From contig JACPWF010000006.1 in NCBI GenBank assembly GCA_016197155.1, positions 9,511 to 73,510 of the forward strand: a stretch of 64,000 nt of DNA. Reading direction: 5' to 3'. Position 1 is the first letter of the stretch, and each line of letters starts with the position of its first letter. The DNA is from Candidatus Omnitrophota bacterium (lineage in GTDB: Bacteria > Omnitrophota > Gorgyraeia > 2-02-FULL-51-18). Positions 17,201 through 23,523 of this stretch are shown here, piece by piece. The translations under genes and the position numbers were made by a program. The notes under the pieces are model-generated. The model made no database searches. It saw only the letters and a list, made by a program, of their open reading frames with translations, and had not been told where the DNA came from.

Positions 17201-19073
17201 TCGGAGCGGTGAGTGCCAAGTACACGGCTGGGCGCTTTTTCATGTCGGCCAACGTGGAACCCTCCTTGATCACCAGCGCCCTCAGAGCCATGCGGTAAAA
17301 ACGGTCTGTCTTGGCCAAGCGGAGGAGTTGTTCAAAAACATCCGTGTTGATTGTCAGTTCCCGCTGGTCCGGTCCCTCAATCGCGCGATCGATCCGGACA
17401 GCCGCCGCGCCCACCGCCTCATTTTTATCGCGACGGGTTCCGGCGGAAATAAAAACTTTGTTGGGGACATTCAAAAATTCATTCACCCACCCCCGCTCTT
17501 CCCGGCTCAAGCGATCCGAATTCCTAAAAAATTCTCTCAGGCCCCGAAGAATCTTTTCCGGACGGTTGTCCGCTGAGACGATGGCCGGGCCTTGAATAGA
17601 TTTAACCGGAGGCGCGGCATCCTCTTTCACTTCCAAAAAACGATAAACGAAACAAACGACCGACAATGAAACTGCGAATATTACTCCCCCCAAAAGCAGA
17701 TCTCGTCTGTTCACCAAATACCTTCTATTGGGTTCGGAGTGATCGTTCGGATCCTGTGCGGACAGCCTCGCGGCGAACAACCGGCTCATTGAATAACCTT
17801 GAACCAAAAGCGCGTAAATAACCGGGCGTGTCAGCCGGTCTAAATCCAGCTGTGCCGGATTAGACGAGTTTCTATGAGCTTGAATAGCGGAAACCGCCTC
17901 ATTTATCGCGTCATTATTCAGGCTCAGCGTTGAAATGAGCTCAACGATTTTCTCGCTGAATGGCTTCTGCCGGGGAAATTCTTGTTCTTCGGGTCTTATT
18001 TTTATGAACCAATTGTTCAACAGCTTTCCGACCTGCGAGATCCTTATTTCTTCGTCGTTCAATCGATTTCTTTTTTGTTCTAATTTCAAATTCTCTTGAT
18101 AATGATAAACGGTCGATTCATAAACGTCATGGGCTTCCCTAAAAATCTCTTCCTGGTTTGGGTAAACTTTTTTTAATATTCCCCACACCGCATCAAAAGT
18201 GACGTCGCTCGTCTGCCGGCCGGGGGTGACGGGTACATTGGTATAACCTGTGATACTCGCCAATCTCGCCCCGCCGGTTCCATGTTGCCAAGCGCTGGCC
18301 TCGTTCCTCAAACTCGCCAACCGCGCGGCGGCAAGCGGTTCAAAAATGGGCAGTGCCCGAACCCCTGAGACAGCCGGGGTCAGACCCCTGTCCGGCGATG
18401 GCCGGTGAGGGGTCAGGCCCCTCAAGGGCTCCAAAAGCACCTCTTCATATTTTTTCTGACTCGTTTCGGACGTGACATTCGGCGTGAGAACGACGTAGGA
18501 CCAGCCTTTTTCCTTGAATAATTTTTTGAGATGCGCGGTGTGGTAGCCGCCCGCGATGAGAATGGCCGCCTTCGGCGTCCGGAGAGTGGATTGTGCCTGC
18601 CTGCCGGACAGGCAGGGAGAGTGGGTCGTGGATTTATCCACCATCCACGATCCACCATCCACGATCCGCTGTGTATTTCTTACAAACGCCCTGTCTCTGG
18701 CATTCACAGACCCATAAAACCGTCTCAGCAATTTTTTCCCGTCCTCCAAAATATTTTTGCTGGGCACCATGTCCGCAAAACACCCGCGGTCGGCAAGCTC
18801 ACGGTTCACAAAAGCCAGCGTCGAGAGCGTCGAGAAATCTTTTTCGTTGAAATCAAACAGACGGAATTCCTTGGAGGACATCTGGATCCGGTAAGCACTT
18901 TCCAAAAGCCGCAGGTAACGGTCAATCGCATGTAGGGTCGGAGGGGTCAGAGGCCTCCGACCCCTTTTTAGAATGACGGAATACACCCTCTCCTCCGTCC
19001 GCTCCGACTCATTCAGAAGTGTTTTGTAAGTGACAGAACAAAAAATTCTTTTTTGTTCTGTCATCCCGAGCAA
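8229..19073 (-). CDS. Giant multidomain protein (up to 3,614 aa) with a GT5 glycogen/starch-synthase-like domain and a GH15 glucoamylase-like domain; the 5' end is ambiguous
   Basis: A single uninterrupted 10,845-bp ORF. GT5 motifs: [13 protein letters not shown] (KTGGL type), [14 protein letters not shown], and the C-terminal [39 protein letters not shown]. GH15 motifs: [24 protein letters not shown] (catalytic WEE) and [31 protein letters not shown]. One hydrophobic helix lies near aa 445 ([22 protein letters not shown]). About 1,700 C-terminal residues are unassigned. Start candidates are TTG 19073, ATG 19064 and ATG 18884. Confidence 0.85.
   Translation of the reverse strand: [3614 protein letters not shown]
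8231..8266. repeat. Direct repeat copy 2 (the true 3' end of the giant gene)
   Basis: Matches 7531-7566. It encodes the last 11 codons plus the stop of the giant ORF. Confidence 0.8.
18935..18964. repeat. REP-like GC palindrome GGGTCGGAGGGGTCAGAGGCCTCCGACCCC
   Basis: A member of the palindrome family that also occurs at 50798-50828 and 56551-56572. It lies inside the maximal giant ORF but upstream of its ATG at 18884. Confidence 0.6.
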
Positions 19074-19986
19074 GCGAAGCGCGTCGAGGGATCAAGTCAT
19101 CACTATGGGTTTTTTCTACCAACGCCGCCTGCTCCAGATTCGCGAGATTGAAATCAATTTGCTTTTCTTTATCTTTTAAATTTATTAATTGCTGAATGGC
19201 GGGGAATTCATTCAGACTGATATTCTTTTCTTCGGCAAGCTTCAAGAGGCCTTCAATGCTTTTCCCCTGATTTCTGATTTCTGACTTCTGATTTCTGTCT
19301 TTTTCATATTCCAAAAGTTCTTTGGTATAATACTTATTTTTCAGCTTTTCAACCGACACCTCAATCGTTTTCAAATAATCCAGGATCGCCTCGCGCTTGC
19401 CGGCCAAAGCCGCATAATTTTTCAGGCTCTCCATGTAAAGATTCAGATCTTCGACGCCCATGATCTTCATCGAACGATTTGAGCTAAGATTTAAATATTC
19501 CTCCCCCTGAATTTTTCCCTGCGCGAGATAACTGCGGCCGAGGCGTTTCCACACTTCGGGAGACGCAATTTTTTTGATCGGCGTCAGCGTGCAGTCCCCT
19601 TCTCCACCCTCCGACAATACCAGTAGGGGCGACGCGTCGCCCGCCTGCCGGACGGGCAGGCGTCGCCCATACGGCGCATAATATTTTTCCGAAATCGCCT
19701 CAAGAGTTTTCGCCAAATTTTCCTGGCCGGAGAGATTGGAGTGGGCATCCTGGATGTGAATGATGAGCCTGCCGTTTGTGCCGCGGTGAATTTCCTTTAA
19801 GTCCGCGAAATCCAAGGGCGTCTCAAATAAGGTAGGATTCTGCGCAATCATCTGCAGGGGCGACCCGTACGAAGAATCGTGGCTATACATCGAATCCACC
19901 GGCGCGGCGTAGGACAGCTCTTGAATTAAAAAAGTCCCCGCCAGCACGAGCGCGATCGCTTTTATGCGCGTCTTCATTTTGTGCAT
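19009..19986 (-). CDS. Secreted hypothetical protein (signal peptide; Lys/Glu-rich with a short tandem repeat)
   Basis: 325 aa. The N-terminal MKTRIKAIALVLAGTFLIQELSYAAPV is a signal peptide. A tandem 7-nt DNA repeat (19267-19297) encodes QKSEIRNQ-type repeats. The 3' end overlaps the maximal giant ORF by 65 bp in a +1 frame. Confidence 0.7.
   Translation of the reverse strand: MHKMKTRIKAIALVLAGTFLIQELSYAAPVDSMYSHDSSYGSPLQMIAQNPTLFETPLDFADLKEIHRGTNGRLIIHIQDAHSNLSGQENLAKTLEAISEKYYAPYGRRLPVRQAGDASPLLVLSEGGEGDCTLTPIKKIASPEVWKRLGRSYLAQGKIQGEEYLNLSSNRSMKIMGVEDLNLYMESLKNYAALAGKREAILDYLKTIEVSVEKLKNKYYTKELLEYEKDRNQKSEIRNQGKSIEGLLKLAEEKNISLNEFPAIQQLINLKDKEKQIDFNLANLEQAALVEKTHSDDLIPRRASLARDDRTKKNFLFCHLQNTSE
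19033..19061. repeat. Perfect palindrome ACAGAACAAAAAA-TTC-TTTTTTGTTCTGT (13-bp arms containing A6/T6 runs)
   Basis: Seen directly in the sequence. It sits exactly where the 325-aa ORF and the giant ORF overlap in different frames. Confidence 0.9.
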
Positions 19987-20213
19987 CTTATTTTATCCAT
20001 TAAAGTTAGAGATAGAACTCATCTTGGGTAAAGTCTACCTTACAAAGTCAAAATAAGCAAATTTTTTACTATCCATAACTCTTTTATTTATAAATAGTTA
20101 CAATATTTTATACCCCCTTCCCAGAGACATAGAAAAAGGGGTCAGAGGCCTCCTGCACCAGGACCCCCTCAAGCGGGCACATCCACCGGAAAAGCCGCGT
20201 ATTTTTGTCTTTT

Positions 20214-20339
20214 GGGGACTGTCCCTTTTTGCCCTTTTGGGGACAGTCCCCTATTTTTTTCGTTCTATATTTCATTTCAAAACTACCTTTTTTCTCTCTT
20301 TAGGGACTGCCCCTTTTTGGTCAAAAAGGGACAGTCCCC
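20214..20339. promoter_or_regulatory. Four copies of a pseudo-palindromic site GGGAC-N-GTCCC, arranged as two ~55-bp direct repeats in a divergent promoter region
   Basis: GGGGACTGTCCC (20214-20225), GGGGACAGTCCCC (20239-20251), AGGGACTGCCCC (20302-20313) and GGGACAGTCCCC (20328-20339) are each flanked by T-rich spacers. They lie between divergent genes starting at 19986 and 20404. Confidence 0.55.
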
Positions 20340-20403
20340 TATTCATATTGCGTTACTTCAATAGGCTTGTTAGAATAAGGAAATTAAACAAGGAGAAAAA
20401 TTC

Positions 20404-21036
20404 ATGTCTGAAGCCGCATCCTTGGATGTGTTTACCATCGTGCTTTTTGCCCTTCGCTGGCTGCATTTCATTTTTGGCATCACCTGGATTGGCCTTCTTT
20501 ATTTCTTCAATTTCGTGAACGGCCCCTTCCAAAAAACCCTCGACGCCAATACCAAAAAAATCGTCGTTCCTCAGCTCATGCCGCGGGCGCTGTGGTGGTT
20601 CCGCTGGGGCGCCATGATCACGTTCCTTTCCGGATGGGCGTACATCGGAATCAAACTTCACGCGAACGGCGCGGGCCTGACGGGCGAAGGCGGTCTTTTG
20701 ACTTCAACCTGGGGTCAATGGATCTCGCTCGGCGCGCTTTTTGGAAGTGTGATGTGGTTTAATGTGTGGTTTGTTATTTGGCCGGCTCAACAAAAATTGA
20801 TCGCCTGGACCAAAGCGGGTCAGGCGCCGCCTGAAATGGCCGGACTCGCCGCCAAAGCCGCCAAACGTTCACGCATCAACACTTATCTCTCGGTACCGCT
20901 TTTATTTTTCATGGGAGCCGCCAGCCACTTTCCTTCGTTCAGCTGGATAACGGCAGTGATCGTGATCGCCATCGGCTTTGTGCTTGTGTGGCATCTCATA
21001 AATAAAGTTGCGCCAAAGGTGGGTTCGAATTTTTAA
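20404..21036 (+). CDS. Integral membrane protein, HemJ/CopD-like (DUF420-type) family guess
   Basis: 210 aa with 4-5 TM helices. RWLHFIFGITWIGLLYFFNF resembles the HemJ TM1 (conserved His). An AAGGAG Shine-Dalgarno precedes it. Confidence 0.6.
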   Translation: MSEAASLDVFTIVLFALRWLHFIFGITWIGLLYFFNFVNGPFQKTLDANTKKIVVPQLMPRALWWFRWGAMITFLSGWAYIGIKLHANGAGLTGEGGLLTSTWGQWISLGALFGSVMWFNVWFVIWPAQQKLIAWTKAGQAPPEMAGLAAKAAKRSRINTYLSVPLLFFMGAASHFPSFSWITAVIVIAIGFVLVWHLINKVAPKVGSNF

Positions 21037-21903
21037 CTAGAAAGTAAAATCAACACCTTTTCTCTCTCGGGGCTCAACGTGAACTTTCTGCGTTTGGGCC
21101 CCGAGTTTTTCATGCCAGGCCTCAATCACATAATCCCCCGGCGGCAGGTTTTTGATTTCAAATTTTCCGTTCTCATCGCTCACCGCGAAATACGGGTGCG
21201 CGAGCACCCCGATGTAGCCCGTCATCCACGGGTGCACGTCGCATTTTAAAGGCACCATCACCTCCGGCGCCGAAAAACTCTTCGTCTGCTTCATTCCCTG
21301 AAACGGCAGGCCCAAATTCCACGGCCTTGAATTTTTCGGAAACGAGTGAATGTTGTGCAGGGTCGGGTCTTCATTCAGAAAAATAACCGGCTGGCCCACC
21401 TGCGCGCCCGTCACGTGCGGCAGGTAAACACAGCCTTTATTTTCGATCGTGACGGGTGCGGCGGGCGGCGGAAAATTCATTCCCTCGAGCCCTTCTTTCA
21501 CGTAGACAAAAACATTTTGCACGGCGCCGTCTTTCACCAAAAGCTCCTCGGAATAAAGCGGCTCTTTGTGAAACACCGAACATTCGGGGTTGCCTTTAAT
21601 GGACAATTCTTTTGGCGCGGGCGCCTGGCCGGTGAATAAAACTTTTCCGGCGAGCGTGGCCGCGGTTGAGGGGTCAAAAGCGGATTTGGCCGGCGCTTGA
21701 GAAACGGCCGACTCGGGAGACGGCGTTTCCTTCTTTGCGCAACCGGAGGTCACCACCGTCATTGCGAGGAGGAGCGAAGCGACGACGAAGCAATCTCCAC
21801 GACAAAGATTGCTTCGCCCCTTCGGGGCTCGCAATGACAGCTGACTCACGCTTCCACCTTTATCGTCAAAATCAAATCCCCGGGATGATTGCAGGTGTGG
21901 CAA
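21037..21903 (-). CDS. Lipoprotein with a cupredoxin-like (amicyanin-type C-x2-H-P-W-M) motif; start uncertain
   Basis: A lipobox ([11 protein letters not shown]) is present. [11 protein letters not shown] resembles the amicyanin copper-site motif CTPHPFMRG. The ORF's 5' end overlaps the J-domain gene by 58 bp, so the true start is probably an internal alternative codon. Confidence 0.55.
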   Translation of the reverse strand: MPHLQSSRGFDFDDKGGSVSQLSLRAPKGRSNLCRGDCFVVASLLLAMTVVTSGCAKKETPSPESAVSQAPAKSAFDPSTAATLAGKVLFTGQAPAPKELSIKGNPECSVFHKEPLYSEELLVKDGAVQNVFVYVKEGLEGMNFPPPAAPVTIENKGCVYLPHVTGAQVGQPVIFLNEDPTLHNIHSFPKNSRPWNLGLPFQGMKQTKSFSAPEVMVPLKCDVHPWMTGYIGVLAHPYFAVSDENGKFEIKNLPPGDYVIEAWHEKLGAQTQKVHVEPRERKGVDFTF

Positions 21904-22472
21904 ACTCTTCCTTGACGGGCCAGCCTCAACTTTTTCCCCGAAGAAATCCCGGCGGGAATTTTCACGGTGATTTTCCTGCCGTCATTCATCGAAAAACTGA
22001 CTTCACCGCCCTTTTGGGCCCTGGTTTTCGAAACTTTGAGCGTGGCTGTCAAATCCGAGGAAACTTCTTCGGATATTTCTTCTTCGCTGTCAAAACGTCC
22101 CCGCGAACCGGCTCCTCCTCCGAAAATATCCTCAAAATGAAAGGAACGGCCGCCGCCCTGGCCTCCGCGAAACGCCCGGAGAATTTCTTCAAAATTAAAA
22201 TCCTGCGCGCCTTGAAAACCCTGCGCGGACCCGCCGCCGAAGCCCCCCGAAAACCCGCCTTTTTTGTAGGCGTCGTAGTCAGCGCGTTTTTTGGCGTCGC
22301 TTAAAACGTAGTAGGCCTCGGAGATTTCCTTGAACTTTTCCTCGGCGGATTTGTTGTTGGGGTTGGCGTCGGGGTGAAATTTTTTGGCCAGCGACCGGTA
22401 AACTTTTTTAATTTCATCCGCGGACGCCTTTTGACCGACGCCTAAAATTTCGTAATAATCACGCTTTGGCAT
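21846..22472 (-). CDS. J-domain protein (DnaJ-like with a G/F-rich region, no zinc finger)
   Basis: DYYEILGV...HPD in the J domain, followed by a GGFGGG-rich segment. The CxxCxGxG repeats are absent. Confidence 0.85.
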   Translation of the reverse strand: MPKRDYYEILGVGQKASADEIKKVYRSLAKKFHPDANPNNKSAEEKFKEISEAYYVLSDAKKRADYDAYKKGGFSGGFGGGSAQGFQGAQDFNFEEILRAFRGGQGGGRSFHFEDIFGGGAGSRGRFDSEEEISEEVSSDLTATLKVSKTRAQKGGEVSFSMNDGRKITVKIPAGISSGKKLRLARQGRVCHTCNHPGDLILTIKVEA

Positions 22473-23496
22473 GGACCAAAACCTTGTCCCGTCCGCCGTA
22501 GCGGGCGAACCATGGCTTTGCGCCTTTGTCGAGCACCGCGTTCAGAGCCTGGATATTTTTCACGCCGCGGTCCGAAAGCCAGGCCTCGAGCGCCTTCGCC
22601 CCCTCCTTGGCGTACACGGGCACCCCGTCCTTCCACGTCGCGCGGCCGCAGAGCACACCCGCGAAATTCACACCCGCGCTGATCGCCAGCTCCAGACTTT
22701 CTCTGAAAATGTCGTCGCTGACACCGGCCGAAAGATAGATGAACGGTTTTTTCGTGCAGGCGTCCTGCCGTTTGAAAATCGCCCGGGCCTCGTCCCAGTC
22801 GTAGGCGGCCTCTTTTCCGTTAAACGCCTTGGAGCCCTTCAGAAATTTCACGTCGATGGGAATTTCCACCTTCAGCACGTCGACCTTGTAGCGGTCCTTC
22901 GAAAATTCCTCCATGCTTTTGATGACGACGTCCGGCTTGATTTTGGCGTACGCCAAATCTTTCGCGTCGCCGCCCTTGGGGTCGTAGCCGACAAATTCCA
23001 GAAAAAAAGCGATGTCCGCCTCTTCGCATTCCTTGCCGATGCGTTCCATGATCTCCTGTTTTCTTTGATTCACTTTGGGATCATCAAACGGAGAATAATA
23101 CAAAAGCACTTTCACGCAGTCGGCGCCCTCTTCCTTGATACGCCTGGCGCTGTAACCGTCGATGAAGGTCGGGATGCGTCCGGCGCTCGTGTCGTCGTAA
23201 CCGGTTTTTTCGTAGGCCAAAAGGAGACCGGCATTTTTCGCGCGCGCCTTCGCGGCGGGCAGGCCGTATTCGGGGTCGAGCAGGATCGCGCTCGCGTGGG
23301 GCGTCAAAACTTTCGTCACGGCGGTTTTGAATTCCTCAAGCATCTGCCGCGTGACCTGGCTGTCGGGAACGCCTTTGGCCTTCGCGATGGATTTCTGCAG
23401 GGACCCGCGCTGGTCCATGGCCGCGGCGCTGATGACCCCTTTTTTATTGGAAACCGCCTCCAGACTTTTCAATTTGCCTTCAGAAAGGGTGATCAC
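22459..23496 (-). CDS. Class I aldolase of the LacD/tagatose-1,6-bisphosphate aldolase family
   Basis: 345 aa. [34 protein letters not shown] and GVLCGRATW are close to the LacD consensus. Confidence 0.85.
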   Translation of the reverse strand: MITLSEGKLKSLEAVSNKKGVISAAAMDQRGSLQKSIAKAKGVPDSQVTRQMLEEFKTAVTKVLTPHASAILLDPEYGLPAAKARAKNAGLLLAYEKTGYDDTSAGRIPTFIDGYSARRIKEEGADCVKVLLYYSPFDDPKVNQRKQEIMERIGKECEEADIAFFLEFVGYDPKGGDAKDLAYAKIKPDVVIKSMEEFSKDRYKVDVLKVEIPIDVKFLKGSKAFNGKEAAYDWDEARAIFKRQDACTKKPFIYLSAGVSDDIFRESLELAISAGVNFAGVLCGRATWKDGVPVYAKEGAKALEAWLSDRGVKNIQALNAVLDKGAKPWFARYGGRDKVLVHAKA

Positions 23497-23523
23497 CTTT
23501 TATCGCTCCTTTTGTTTCGCACA

